Source: an uncultured Spirochaetia bacterium (GTDB lineage: Bacteria; Desulfobacterota_D; UBA1144; Nemesobacterales; CSP1-2). From it: DNA of 64,000 nucleotides. Shown here piece after piece: positions 1 to 10,311 of the stretch. The notes under the pieces are model-generated. The model had not been told where the DNA came from, searched no databases, and was given only the letters and a program-made list of their open reading frames with translations. The stretch is taken from positions 22,050 to 86,049 of the forward strand of contig CAZWVA010000002.1 of assembly GCA_964636885.1 (NCBI GenBank). Reading direction: 5' to 3'. The number at the start of each line of letters is the position of its first letter. The stretch's first letter is position 1. The translations under genes and the position numbers were made by a program.

Positions 1-360
1 AAAGAGACTAAGAAACGACTTCGGCCAACGGAGATTTGCCCGGTTTGCAATTCTATTTCTGAAAAAACGGCCGTATGGATTGAGAATCTGCTCACGGATT
101 TAAAAGATGAAGAAATCAAAGGGCTCTACCTTAAGTCCTACGGACTATGTATGAATCACTTTAGCCAAGCCGTTGAATCCGCCTCCCCTGAGGTGGCGGA
201 AATACTGATTCAAAAGCAGGCCGAGGTGCTTAGAAAACTAAACAGCGACTTAGAGGAGTACTCTCGCAAGCTGGATTATCGCTATTCTCATGAACCAAAA
301 GGAGAAGAACAAACCGCCTGGATAAGGGCTATTAGGTTTTTTGCCGGTAAGAAACTATAG
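1..360 (+). CDS. Hypothetical protein, C-terminal part (the gene starts upstream of the window). It contains a CPVC...GLCxxH Cys/His motif and may be a zinc-binding accessory protein of the downstream phosphoesterase and dynamin unit.
   Basis: Frame 1 is open from base 1 through the stop at 358-360 (KETKKRLRPTEICPVCNSISEKTAVWIENLL...YGLCMNHF...). The Met at 151 is internal. A 40-nt gap separates it from the next gene on the same strand. Confidence 0.5.
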   Translation, partial: KETKKRLRPTEICPVCNSISEKTAVWIENLLTDLKDEEIKGLYLKSYGLCMNHFSQAVESASPEVAEILIQKQAEVLRKLNSDLEEYSRKLDYRYSHEPKGEEQTAWIRAIRFFAGKKL

Positions 361-399
361 GAGTTATAGAAATTTGTATTAGCACCAAGGGGTACCTCT

Positions 400-1107
400 A
401 TGAAGATTTTGATTCTTTCGGATATTCACGCAAATATTGAGGCACTGGAGGTTATAAAGGAAGGATATGATCATATTTTCTGTTTAGGGGATTTAGTTGA
501 TTATGGGCCGAATCCAAGAGAGTGCATAGATTTTATAAGGTGCAACGCTTATGCCGTTGTACGCGGAAATCACGATAACGCCGTAGCTTTCAAAGCGGAC
601 TGTAAATGCAGCGAAGCCTACAAACCGATGTCCGTAAAAACAAGAGAGCTTATGTGGAAGATTCTCGGAGAAGGAGAGATTACTTATTTAGGTTCCCTTC
701 CTCTAAATATGGCACTAGAACTCAGTGGAACAAAGTTTTTTCTTACACATGCAACACCAACCGATAACCTGTTTAAGTACCTACCGCCCGATTCACCCGA
801 TTACGTTTGGGAACGCGAGTTAGAAGGAGTGGATGCCGATTTTGTGCTCCTCGGTCATACCCATATCCCCATGATTAAGAGGATAGGGAAGACAACCGTT
901 ATCAATCCCGGTAGCGTCGGACAGTCAAAAGACATTCCGGCAGTGGCGTCTTATGCCGTATGGAATGATGGCGATGTAGAAATAAAGAGAGTCGCATACG
1001 ATATAAATAAGACGATAGAGAAGATCCTTTCAACTAAGCTTGATACTCGTATCAAAAGAGATTTAGTAACCGTTTTAGAATACGGGTATTTGAGAGATCC
1101 TTTATAG
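400..1107 (+). CDS. Metallophosphoesterase (calcineurin-like phosphoesterase, YfcE/MJ0936-type).
   Basis: N-terminal DIHAN motif, GDLVDYGP motif, GNHD motif and a late GHTH motif. Length 235 aa. Confidence 0.8.
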   Translation: MKILILSDIHANIEALEVIKEGYDHIFCLGDLVDYGPNPRECIDFIRCNAYAVVRGNHDNAVAFKADCKCSEAYKPMSVKTRELMWKILGEGEITYLGSLPLNMALELSGTKFFLTHATPTDNLFKYLPPDSPDYVWERELEGVDADFVLLGHTHIPMIKRIGKTTVINPGSVGQSKDIPAVASYAVWNDGDVEIKRVAYDINKTIEKILSTKLDTRIKRDLVTVLEYGYLRDPL

Positions 1108-1119
1108 GAGACGTGTTCC

Positions 1120-2883
1120 ATGTTGGAGTCCTACGTTAAAGCAAGAGACCATCTGTTAGAAAATCTGGATGATCTATATCGCCTGGCCTTTCATAGGAAG
1201 AAAGAAGGTGCTGGAAAAGCCATTCAAGAGCTAAAAGACAAGCTCTTGGAAGGACGTTTTAACCTGGCGGTTCTTGGACAGTTTAAGCGGGGGAAAACCA
1301 CGTTTATTAATGCCCTTCTAGGTAGCCAATTACTACCTACAGCGGTTGTTCCGCTTACCTCTATTATCACATTGATTAAGTATGGAAACAGCCTGCATAT
1401 AGAGGTTTTATTCAAAAACGGGGTTAGAAAAGAAATAACTATCGGGGAACTTCATGACTACGTGACCGAGAGAGGGAATCCAGAAAACCAAAAAGGGGTG
1501 CAGTACGTGGAAGTCCACTATGACTCTCCTTATTTAAGAGACGGGGTTCAGATTATAGACACTCCAGGAATAGGCTCCACTTACCAGCATAACACTGCCG
1601 TCACGTATAGTTATTTATCTAAAGTTGATGCCGCAGTGTTTTTGGTCGGTGTAGACCCGCCTATCAGCCAAGTCGAGTACGATTTCCTGAACGATATAAG
1701 GAAATACGTGGATAAAATCCTTTTCCTGCAGAACAAGATCGACCAGATGGATGAAAAAGATAGAGCTGAGTCACTGGAGTTTACAAAGCGAGTAATCGAA
1801 GAAAGGGTTGGCCTGAAGGACGTAAAAATCTTTCCACTATCGGCTAAGCAGGCTCTAGAAGGGAGATTAAATAACGATCGAGAAAAACTAGAGCGTAGTT
1901 TAATCGTGGATTTTGAAAGGGCTCTAAATGACTTTCTTATTAAGGAGAAAGGTAAAGCTCTCCTTAGTTCTGCGCTAAATAATACTCTTAAAATTCTCTC
2001 TGATGAGGTGATGTCTATAGAGCTTGAGATGAAGGGTATTTCTATGCCTTTAGAAGAGCTTAAAGAGAAGATAGATGAGTTCAATATTCAAAAAGAAAAA
2101 ATCCGTCAAGATAAGGAAGACTTCGACTATCTTCTAAAGGGGGAGAAGGAAAAACTCATCTCAGTCCTAGAGTCCGATTTAAAAGGTTTTGTAGAGGCAA
2201 AAGCTCCAGAGCTTATAAGAAAGATGGAAAAGCACTATAAAAAGCATGTGGATAAAGGTAAAATCGAACTTACAAAAGCAATAGACCAAGCGATGAGGCA
2301 AGAGGTTGAGAGTATTTTTAACGAGTGGCGTACCCTTGAGGAAGATAAATTAAGTCAGGGATTTGAAAATATATCAAGACGTTTTTCCTCTAAAGCCAAC
2401 GAGATAATAACCTATATTAAGAGACTCTCTTCGGATATCTTTGATATCGGAGTAGAAACCTTTAGCGGCGTAGAGACCCTTACCGGAGAGAGTTATTTTC
2501 ATTATAGGATAGAGTCCCTTTTCGACACTAATCTGGCTCTTGAGGTTCTGCCCTTTGCCCTTCCTGGGTTCTTGTTTCGAAGGATGGCCTTTGGCAGGAT
2601 GGTTGGGCAGTGTAGGGAAGAGCTAGACAGGAACGCTGGAAGGATTAGACACGATTTTGTGGAGCGAATAGAAAAAAGCATCGGAAGGTTTCGTGACGAG
2701 CTCTTTTCTAAGATCGATGCGACTCTATCTGGAATCGAATCCGCTCTTGAACGGGCTTTCTTAGAAAGCGAAGCCGGAGAAGAAAGGGTTATCCATGCAA
2801 AGAGAAATTTGGAAGAGCAGATCGGTGTGTTAAAACGAGTCAGAATGAATCTAATTAACATAGAGGAAAAGATTGTAAAGTAG
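1120..2883 (+). CDS. Bacterial dynamin-like GTPase (dynamin-family large GTPase).
   Basis: P-loop GQFKRGKTTFINALLG. DTPG switch motif. NKID G4-like motif (LQNKIDQ). A long alpha-helical, coiled-coil-rich C-terminal half. A 12-nt gap after the phosphoesterase gene. Confidence 0.75.
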   Translation: MLESYVKARDHLLENLDDLYRLAFHRKKEGAGKAIQELKDKLLEGRFNLAVLGQFKRGKTTFINALLGSQLLPTAVVPLTSIITLIKYGNSLHIEVLFKNGVRKEITIGELHDYVTERGNPENQKGVQYVEVHYDSPYLRDGVQIIDTPGIGSTYQHNTAVTYSYLSKVDAAVFLVGVDPPISQVEYDFLNDIRKYVDKILFLQNKIDQMDEKDRAESLEFTKRVIEERVGLKDVKIFPLSAKQALEGRLNNDREKLERSLIVDFERALNDFLIKEKGKALLSSALNNTLKILSDEVMSIELEMKGISMPLEELKEKIDEFNIQKEKIRQDKEDFDYLLKGEKEKLISVLESDLKGFVEAKAPELIRKMEKHYKKHVDKGKIELTKAIDQAMRQEVESIFNEWRTLEEDKLSQGFENISRRFSSKANEIITYIKRLSSDIFDIGVETFSGVETLTGESYFHYRIESLFDTNLALEVLPFALPGFLFRRMAFGRMVGQCREELDRNAGRIRHDFVERIEKSIGRFRDELFSKIDATLSGIESALERAFLESEAGEERVIHAKRNLEEQIGVLKRVRMNLINIEEKIVK

Positions 2884-3019
2884 ATCGATGGATTATGAAC
2901 CGAATCAACGCCAAGATAGAATATTCAATCGACATTTGTTTTCTCTAAATGAGGTGTTTTGGTAAAGAGCACACGGTTTAGCTTCGCTCCCTGTGACCGG
3001 TGATAAAAGGGGAATATCC

Positions 3020-4213
3020 ATGGGATATCGGCTAAAACCTCCGGAACAGAACGGTAGTGTTTTAAAAAGATCCGCTCTTAGATTCGTTATTTTACTGGGT
3101 GTGGTGAGCCTCCTTGCGGATATGACGTATGAAGGAGCCCGCAGTATTACCGGTCCGTTTCTCGCTGTACTCGGAGCGAGCGCGACGGTGGTAGGCATTG
3201 TATCTGGGTTTGGGGAGTTAATCGGTTACGGTCTTCGCCTTGTGTCGGGATACATTAGCGACCGAACCGGGAAATATTGGACTATAACGATCTTAGGGTA
3301 CGTCGTTAATATGCTGGCGGTCCCTCTATTGGCACTGGCGGGACGCTGGGAAGTCGCCGCTTTTCTCATGATTACGGAGCGCCTAGGAAAAGGGATTCGC
3401 ACTCCCGCCCGTGATGCGATGCTTTCACATGCCACTAAGGAGATCGGGCGAGGTTGGGGATTTGGTTTACATGAGGCTCTGGATCAAATAGGCGCGGTTA
3501 TCGGTCCTTTCATCGTTGCCATAGTTCTATACTTTAGGGAAGGCTATAAGATCGGCTTCGGTATTCTGGCTGTACCTGCCCTCTTGGCCTTAAGTGTCCT
3601 TTTGGCGGCACGACTCCTTTATCCGAGTCCTCGCGATCTGGAACCGGTCTCGGTCAAACTGGAAGGGAAAGGGTTTCCACGGGTATTCTGGCTCTATCTG
3701 GTTGCCGTTGCTTTGGTTGCGGCAGGCTATGCCGATTTTCCGCTTATCGCCTATCATTTCAAAAAGGTCTCAATTGCTTCTGATGGGTGGATTCCAATCT
3801 TTTATGCTGTTGCCATGGGAGTCGATGCCCTCTCAGCGCTTCTCTTTGGACGTCTCTTTGATCGAGTAGGTATTTCTATTCTGATCGTTGTCTCTCTTCT
3901 CTCATCGCTTTTTGCCCCTTTTGTATTTTTAGGGGGCTTTGGTTCTGCCCTCTTAGGAATGGCCCTTTGGGGTATAGGAATGGGGGCACAGGAGTCCATT
4001 ATGAGGGCGGCTGTGGCGGGTATGGTTCCTGCAAATAGGCGTGGCGCTGCATATGGGATTTTTAATACGGGCTATGGGGTGTTTTGGTTTCTGGGAAGTG
4101 CATTAATGGGCGTTCTCTATGATAAATCTATTCCCTCCCTAATTGCATTCTCGGTAGTGATGCAACTTGCCTCTGTCCCATTGCTTTTTGTGATCAGGAA
4201 AGGGCTTAAGTGA
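3020..4213 (+). CDS. MFS transporter.
   Basis: Twelve-helix hydrophobic profile with MFS-like loops (GRLxDRxG-like 'SGYISDRTGKY'). An RBS-like 'aaaagggg' lies 7 nt before the ATG at 3020. The ORF track opens at 2993. Confidence 0.75.
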   Translation: MGYRLKPPEQNGSVLKRSALRFVILLGVVSLLADMTYEGARSITGPFLAVLGASATVVGIVSGFGELIGYGLRLVSGYISDRTGKYWTITILGYVVNMLAVPLLALAGRWEVAAFLMITERLGKGIRTPARDAMLSHATKEIGRGWGFGLHEALDQIGAVIGPFIVAIVLYFREGYKIGFGILAVPALLALSVLLAARLLYPSPRDLEPVSVKLEGKGFPRVFWLYLVAVALVAAGYADFPLIAYHFKKVSIASDGWIPIFYAVAMGVDALSALLFGRLFDRVGISILIVVSLLSSLFAPFVFLGGFGSALLGMALWGIGMGAQESIMRAAVAGMVPANRRGAAYGIFNTGYGVFWFLGSALMGVLYDKSIPSLIAFSVVMQLASVPLLFVIRKGLK

Positions 4214-4369
4214 TTTCTTGCGGATGATACATGTACCTGTTTATTCAGCATGATAAACAATCACTAATCAGCTAGAATTGGTATAATATGTTATATGAAA
4301 CTGTACTACAAGTTTTTACTCAATCAACAACTTTTTATGTGTGAATTTGATGCTTTGTTGTGGTGAAAG

Positions 4370-5050
4370 ATGCGTATTTTAATCGTCGAAGATGAGAAGA
4401 AGACCGCCGCTTACCTCAAAAAGGGACTCTCGGAAAACGGCTTTATCGTGGACGTCACTGACCAGGGTGAAGATGGGCTTCGCTGTGCACTCAGGTTTGA
4501 TTATGACCTTATTATCCTCGATGTAATGCTCCCTAAACAGGATGGATGGTCGATTATTACCGAACTACGACGGAATGGCAAGCAAACCCCGGTTCTTTTT
4601 CTGACGGCTCGCGACTCGGTTCAGGATAGAGTCAAAGGATTGGAACTGGGTGCCGACGATTATCTGATGAAACCCTTTGCATTCTCAGAATTACTCGCTC
4701 GAGTGCGTTCCATTCTTCGACGTGGCCCAGCCCGGCAATCCGACATACTCCGCATCGCAGATCTAGAAATTGACTTTCTGCGACATAAGGTGATGCGAGG
4801 CGGAAATCGTATTGACCTGACACCAAAGGAGTTCGCTCTACTGTCCCTCCTAGCTCGACGAAGAGGCGAGATTTTGTCCCGGACTCTGATTGCGGAACAG
4901 GTCTGGGACATAAACTTCGACAGCGATACCAATGTAGTAGATGTAGCTGTTCGCCGACTTCGTAGAAAAGTAGACGATCCTTTCACAAGAAAGCTGATTC
5001 ATACGGTTCATGGGGTAGGGTATGTCCTCGAAGAGCGCGAAGATAGTTAA
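4370..5050 (+). CDS. cusR: Heavy-metal response regulator, OmpR family (CusR/CopR-like).
   Basis: Receiver domain (MRILIVEDE...[10 protein letters not shown]) plus winged-helix DNA-binding domain (GYVLEE...). Close similarity pattern to CusR/CopR. Overlaps the downstream kinase gene by 29 nt. Confidence 0.85.
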   Translation: MRILIVEDEKKTAAYLKKGLSENGFIVDVTDQGEDGLRCALRFDYDLIILDVMLPKQDGWSIITELRRNGKQTPVLFLTARDSVQDRVKGLELGADDYLMKPFAFSELLARVRSILRRGPARQSDILRIADLEIDFLRHKVMRGGNRIDLTPKEFALLSLLARRRGEILSRTLIAEQVWDINFDSDTNVVDVAVRRLRRKVDDPFTRKLIHTVHGVGYVLEEREDS

Positions 5051-6491
5051 GAACACAAAAGATGCCGGTCGTGCATTGATCTTTCCTTGGTTCTGGTCAA
5101 TCACGGGAAGGTTAACTCTTTTATACACTTTATCGGCTTTCGGAGTGCTTGTTTTAGCCACTGTATTTTTATACTGGGTGCTTGTAAGCAATTTGGAAAG
5201 AGAAGACAATGAGTTCCTTGCTGACAAGATTCGTATTCTACGTGGTATTTTGCAGAAACACCCCGATAATATAGAAGCCTTAAAGGAGGAGGTAAAATGG
5301 GAAGGAGCCGCTCTCGAGCCTCCCGAATACTATATAAGGATTCTAGATGAAGAGGGGCGTACTTTGATGGAGACGCCTGGCATGAGTAGTATCATTACTG
5401 CTTCGTTGTTTCGGGCTACAATCAGTGCTGCGAAAGTACCAAAGAGAGGGATAAAATGGAAGTCGCATGATGGCAAGTTATATCTCTTGAAGGCAGCATG
5501 GGTAGAGTTTGATTCCTCTAGCAGGGATCGACAACAGCTTCAAGTAGCCCTGGACGTATCCGGCGACGAAGTTTTTATCGCGGACTATCGTCGAAAATTG
5601 TTGTTTGTGCTTATTTTGGGGATTTTATTCTCCACCGGAGCAGGCGTCGTCACCGCCCGTAAAGGGATGCACCCCTTAGAAGAGATAACAGAGGTTGCTC
5701 AACGGATTACGGCAACGAAGCTTCATGAACGAATTAATCCGGCAAAATGGCCAAACGAATTGACTGCACTTGCTACTGCCTTCGATGGGATGCTGAGCCG
5801 TCTTGAAGACTCTTTTACTCAACTGTCCCAATTTTCATCGGACTTGGCCCACGAATTGCGTACACCAATCAATAATCTCATAGGTGAAGCCGAGGTTGCT
5901 CTGTCCAGAGCCAGAACGCCAGAAGAGTACAGACAGGTTCTTGAATCAAGCCTTGAGGAGTATGGAAGATTGTCACGTATGATTGACAATTTGCTTTTTT
6001 TAGCTCGTGCTGAGAATCCAGAAACCGGGATAGAACGATCGCTGTTTGACGCCAGCAAAGAGATTGAAGCAGTTCGGGAATTTTATGATGCTATAGCTGA
6101 GGAGCAAGGAGTCAAGGTCATCTGCCAGGGAAATACGCTATTAAATGCAGACCCGATACTATTTCGGCGAGCGTTAAGCAACCTGCTTTCCAATGCTCTC
6201 CAGTATGCCCCACACGGTGGGAGGATCACCATCTCTGTCAAGCAGTTGGATGATCAATCCGTCGAAGTAAGCGTGAGTGACACTGGCTCTGGTATCGCTC
6301 CAGAAGACCTTCCTAGAGTTTTTAACCGATTCTACAGGGCTGACCGCGCCCGCTCCCAATACCCCCAGGGAACAGGTCTTGGACTTGCCATTGTCAAGTC
6401 CATTATGGACCTCCACGGCGGCACAGTCACGATCCAGAGTGAACTTGCGAAAGGAACTACAGTCATCCTAAGGTTTCCACCGCCAGCCTAA
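5022..6491 (+). CDS. cusS: Heavy-metal sensor histidine kinase (CusS/CopS-like).
   Basis: Two transmembrane segments, a HAMP region, an H-box '[16 protein letters not shown]', and N/G1/G2 boxes (DTGSGI...GLGLAIV). Confidence 0.85.
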   Translation: MSSKSAKIVKNTKDAGRALIFPWFWSITGRLTLLYTLSAFGVLVLATVFLYWVLVSNLEREDNEFLADKIRILRGILQKHPDNIEALKEEVKWEGAALEPPEYYIRILDEEGRTLMETPGMSSIITASLFRATISAAKVPKRGIKWKSHDGKLYLLKAAWVEFDSSSRDRQQLQVALDVSGDEVFIADYRRKLLFVLILGILFSTGAGVVTARKGMHPLEEITEVAQRITATKLHERINPAKWPNELTALATAFDGMLSRLEDSFTQLSQFSSDLAHELRTPINNLIGEAEVALSRARTPEEYRQVLESSLEEYGRLSRMIDNLLFLARAENPETGIERSLFDASKEIEAVREFYDAIAEEQGVKVICQGNTLLNADPILFRRALSNLLSNALQYAPHGGRITISVKQLDDQSVEVSVSDTGSGIAPEDLPRVFNRFYRADRARSQYPQGTGLGLAIVKSIMDLHGGTVTIQSELAKGTTVILRFPPPA

Positions 6492-6631
6492 GCCATAAGC
6501 ATTACAAAATTGTAATCTTTCTGTCATGTTCCTGTAAGCACCAGTTTAGTATAATTGCACTTTTAGATACTTGATAAAAGAGGATCCTACTAGGTTAACA
6601 CGAACGAAATGGATAGATAAGTGAGGGACAA

Positions 6632-7003
6632 ATGGTCAAGAAAAAGATATTAGAGAAAACCATCAAAGAAGCTTTTATTTTAGAGACAGAGAAGATAATA
6701 CACTTGTTAGCTCAAGAAATATCATTTGTTCTCAAATCTCTGAGATACAGGTTTGGGAAAGTGGCCACTCCTGGAATCAGAGAGTTTTCTAAAAAAGATG
6801 TGCTTATGGTTATTCTGGATGAATTGAAAGAAGTTAAGTGGGAACTCGAATCTGTTAAGAAACGTCTAAGAGGAATTGAGAAAACTTTAGAAGAAAGAAA
6901 AATTCAAGTAGCGGATACCGAACTTGGAGTAAAGCTTAAGCAATCTCTTTGGGGAGAAGATGAAGATAATGAAGATGGTCTATTCCTTTTTGGAGAAGGA
7001 TGA
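6632..7003 (+). CDS. Hypothetical small coiled-coil protein.
   Basis: A 123-aa ORF in the gap between cusS and the PAP2 gene. Lysine/glutamate-rich and helical. No recognisable family. Confidence 0.4.
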   Translation: MVKKKILEKTIKEAFILETEKIIHLLAQEISFVLKSLRYRFGKVATPGIREFSKKDVLMVILDELKEVKWELESVKKRLRGIEKTLEERKIQVADTELGVKLKQSLWGEDEDNEDGLFLFGEG

Positions 7004-7078
7004 ACGTCCTGATTAGAACGTAAACACGATGTTTGAGCCCTGAAAGATTAAGAATGGAATTGGATTAGGTATAAAAAC

Positions 7079-7882
7079 GTGGATAGAGCCTTAGAAGTAA
7101 ATAGAAAACCTTGCATAGCCTTTGTAATTATCATTTTTCTATTTTCTACATTACCTGCCCAAGCAGAAAAGGTTGAGACTAAAAAGACCGAAGAGGAAAG
7201 TTTTCCTGGGTACGTTTTTAAAACCCTTCCTAAGAACCTGTTGCTTGGAACTAAGGAAAGCCTCTGGGGATGGAATCTTGCCCTCCTTGGAGTAGGAGCC
7301 GGGACTGCAATAACTCTTTCTCAAACCGATGCCGACGATGATATACAAGACGATGTCAAAGGTTCGATAGGAGATTTTGCAGATATAGGAAACATATCAG
7401 GGAATGGGCTCACTGTAGCTGGAATAGCAATCTCGACGTATATATTAGGGAGAGTAATCAAGGATGAAAAAGTTATTGTAACAGGTAAAGCGCTTATTGA
7501 GGCGGAGATTATCACAGCGGTTATGACAAGCACAATAAAGATTTCTACCGGAAGAGAAAGGCCGGATGGAAGCGGTGACCGCCTTACTTCTTCTTTTCCA
7601 TCCGGGCATGCCTCAGGTACCTTTGCCCTGGCCTCTACTGTTGATGCCATGTATGGTCATAAAATAGGAATCCCACTTTACGCATTTGCTGGGTTTGTAG
7701 CATTCTCACGTCTCTCGGATAACAAGCATTTTTTGTCAGATGTATTAATCGGAGCAGCTATAGGAACAGCAGTTGGAAGAGGAGTGACAAGTATTCATAA
7801 GAAGAAAGACAATTCTAGGCTTTCTATTCTTCCTTATTCGGATGGAAATAGTGCAGGGTTGATGCTTACCCTATCGTGGTAA
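7079..7882 (+). CDS. PAP2-family phosphatase (phosphatidic acid phosphatase type 2), secreted or membrane-anchored.
   Basis: PAP2 motifs KxxxxxxRP ('KISTGRERPDG'), PSGH ('SFPSGHAS') and SRxxxxxHxxxD ('SRLSDNKHFLSDV'). N-terminal signal peptide. GTG start. Confidence 0.8.
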   Translation: MDRALEVNRKPCIAFVIIIFLFSTLPAQAEKVETKKTEEESFPGYVFKTLPKNLLLGTKESLWGWNLALLGVGAGTAITLSQTDADDDIQDDVKGSIGDFADIGNISGNGLTVAGIAISTYILGRVIKDEKVIVTGKALIEAEIITAVMTSTIKISTGRERPDGSGDRLTSSFPSGHASGTFALASTVDAMYGHKIGIPLYAFAGFVAFSRLSDNKHFLSDVLIGAAIGTAVGRGVTSIHKKKDNSRLSILPYSDGNSAGLMLTLSW

Positions 7883-7939
7883 AGAATGTTCAGGCACAGG
7901 ATATTAAAATGCATAATTAGAGGGAGGAAAAAGGCTTGC

Positions 7940-9259
7940 ATGAGGAAAACGCTATTTGCTGCATTCGTCATAGTCATTACAGGAGCTTCAACTGTTTTTT
8001 TTGCTTCTGTCTCAGATGCTGAAGAACCAATTCAAAGTTTAACAATTGATCAGGCAGTGGATATAGCACTTCGGGAGAATCGTGATCTCAGAGCAGCACG
8101 GATGCAGGTAGAAGAAGCCAGGGGGAGGTTGACGCAGGCTGGAATTTTCCCCAATCCATCTCTGGGATCTGACTTTAGCTTCGACTCTATTTTTGCCAAT
8201 GAAGGTGAGCGAAGTTTTTCTGCGGGTATTTCTCAACCGCTTCCTTTAAGCGGTCGAATAGGTGCTCAAAAAAGAGTAGCCCGTGTGGATATTAAAAGAA
8301 CGTTTGCCAACCTTGCTGATATGGAGCGTAGATTAATAAGGGATGTCCATCGTGCTTTTATCGAGCTTCTGGCAATTGATGAACAAATTAAATTGCAAGA
8401 CACTCTGATTAGCCTTAATAGTGAGCTAACTAAAGCAATCGAGGAGGGTATCAAAGAAGGGTTGGCTTCAGAAAAAGACCTTAACGCTGTAGCTATATCC
8501 CTTCAGCAAGCTAGACAGGAAAAAGAGGTTCTTATAGCCCAGAGAAAAAGTAAGATTCTTGAATTAAATAAGCTTTTGGGTAAGCCGCCAACCCTCTCCT
8601 TTTCGCCACAGGGAAAGCTTGAATACGAAGCCGCAAAGGATTTAACCCAGTATAATGTTGAAAAGGCATTTGCACAAAGACCGGATTTAAGGTCTGCGGA
8701 ACTTGATATCGAACTTGCAAAGACGAGCATGGATCTAGCAAAGGCTCAACGCTTTGAGGATATAACAGCAGGGATTTTTTACGAGCGTGATCGTACTATT
8801 CTCGATATCCCTGAAGGTAAAATTCCAGATACAGGTCAGCTTATTGGTTTTAAGCTGACTATTCCCCTGCCTCTCTTTGACCGTAAGCAAGGTCTTATTG
8901 CCGAGGCGCGTGCCCGTGAGAGAAGAGCGGAAGAGAGCGTCCAGGCTTTAAAGTTACAGATCAGTCAGGAGGTAACCGACGCTCTAAACCGGGTAACTAC
9001 ATTTTCGGCTCTCCTAGAAACTTATAGATCAGGAATTTTAAAGACAGCAGAGGACAATGTAAAGTTGGTTGAAAATAGCTTTAAACAAGGGCTTGTTGGT
9101 ATTGTTGATGTCATTCAGTCTCGTCAGCAGTTTACTACTCTGAAATCATCTTATATTAATACAGTTCGTGATTATCAACTTGCACTAAATGACCTTCAAA
9201 TAGCTGTGGGGACTTACCCAAATACGATTACTCTTGATAATGAGGGCGAAAACAAATGA
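7940..9259 (+). CDS. cusC: Outer-membrane efflux protein, TolC family (CusC/CzcC-like).
   Basis: Signal peptide MRKTLFAAFVIVITGAS, then TolC-like coiled-coil repeats. First gene of a C-B-A RND arrangement. The ORF track opens earlier at 7886. Confidence 0.8.
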   Translation: MRKTLFAAFVIVITGASTVFFASVSDAEEPIQSLTIDQAVDIALRENRDLRAARMQVEEARGRLTQAGIFPNPSLGSDFSFDSIFANEGERSFSAGISQPLPLSGRIGAQKRVARVDIKRTFANLADMERRLIRDVHRAFIELLAIDEQIKLQDTLISLNSELTKAIEEGIKEGLASEKDLNAVAISLQQARQEKEVLIAQRKSKILELNKLLGKPPTLSFSPQGKLEYEAAKDLTQYNVEKAFAQRPDLRSAELDIELAKTSMDLAKAQRFEDITAGIFYERDRTILDIPEGKIPDTGQLIGFKLTIPLPLFDRKQGLIAEARARERRAEESVQALKLQISQEVTDALNRVTTFSALLETYRSGILKTAEDNVKLVENSFKQGLVGIVDVIQSRQQFTTLKSSYINTVRDYQLALNDLQIAVGTYPNTITLDNEGENK

Positions 9260-10281
9260 GAACAGAAGAAAAGAAACTTTTTCACCCATTTTTAAGTATT
9301 ATTTTCATGTTTCTTCTCACCATAACGGTTTTACAATTCCTTTACGGCTGTGGTGAAGAACATGCGAATGAAAAAGATGAGGAAGGGAAAGCAACCTCCC
9401 CTCCTTCTATTAGCAATAATGTCGGCGTAGAACTTTCAGAGATTGCTCAAAAAAGCATAGGTCTTAAAGTAGCTGAAGCTGAAATAAGGCAAATCGAAGG
9501 CGTGCTCTTAGTTAACGGCGTGGTAAAGCCCGAACCTAATAGAGTTGCAGAGGTAAGCACAAGAGCTGAGGGTCGCATTCAGGAACTTTATGCGAACCTA
9601 GGGGACCGGGTTAAAAAAGGGCAAAAACTCGCTGCCATGCTACCACGTCAAATCGGCAATCCACCGCCTCTTGTATCAATTACAGCGCCACTCTCAGGAA
9701 TTCTTGTAGAAAGAAATGTCCTACTTGGCAGCACAGTAGTACCTAATACGATTCTTTTTCGGATTGCAGATTTATCGAAGGTAATTGTTGAGGGCGATGT
9801 ATTTGAAAGCGATGTTTCTAAAGTAAGACTGGGTCAGGATGCGCGTATAAGGCTGGATGCCTATCCCGATAGGGTGTTCAACGGCACAGTTAGCTTTGTT
9901 GCCAGTCAGCTTGACCCTCAGAAACGTACGCTACACCTCTGGGTTTCAGTAGATAACAAAGAAGGATTACTGAAGCCTGAGCTTTTTGCCAGGGTTGCTC
10001 TTGTAATTAAGCCCGGCAGGGAGGTTCTAGCTATCCCCTTAGAGGCAATTATTGACGATGGTGCAGAGAAATTCGTATTCGTAAAGAACGGAAACCAATT
10101 CATTCGCCAGGATGTTGCTACTGGGGCAAGTGACGACCGCTATGTTGAAATTACAGATGGTCTTTATCCAGGAGACCAGGTAGTCACGGATGGTAATCGG
10201 GAAATTTACACAAAGTGGTTGCTTGGTGGTGGTAATTTAAGGTTGGAAGAAGAAGGAGAAGAGAAGGAGGAGAAAGATTAA
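9256..10281 (+). CDS. cusB: RND efflux periplasmic adaptor (membrane fusion protein, CusB/CzcB-like).
   Basis: N-terminal transmembrane anchor. Biotinyl/lipoyl-like and beta-barrel MFP signatures (ATGASDDRYVEITDGL). A 4-nt overlap with the TolC gene. Confidence 0.8.
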   Translation: MRTEEKKLFHPFLSIIFMFLLTITVLQFLYGCGEEHANEKDEEGKATSPPSISNNVGVELSEIAQKSIGLKVAEAEIRQIEGVLLVNGVVKPEPNRVAEVSTRAEGRIQELYANLGDRVKKGQKLAAMLPRQIGNPPPLVSITAPLSGILVERNVLLGSTVVPNTILFRIADLSKVIVEGDVFESDVSKVRLGQDARIRLDAYPDRVFNGTVSFVASQLDPQKRTLHLWVSVDNKEGLLKPELFARVALVIKPGREVLAIPLEAIIDDGAEKFVFVKNGNQFIRQDVATGASDDRYVEITDGLYPGDQVVTDGNREIYTKWLLGGGNLRLEEEGEEKEEKD

Positions 10282-10311
10282 GTAATCAGCATTTACGTTA
10301 AAGTTCCTTAG

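Noticed and set aside
1224-2861. Several 60-160 aa ORFs antisense to the dynamin-like gene (1224..1415, 1611..2084, 2502..2861).
   Set aside because: They are fully embedded antisense to a well-supported long CDS and have a low-complexity Ser/Ile-rich composition typical of antisense frames of lysine/glutamate-rich genes.
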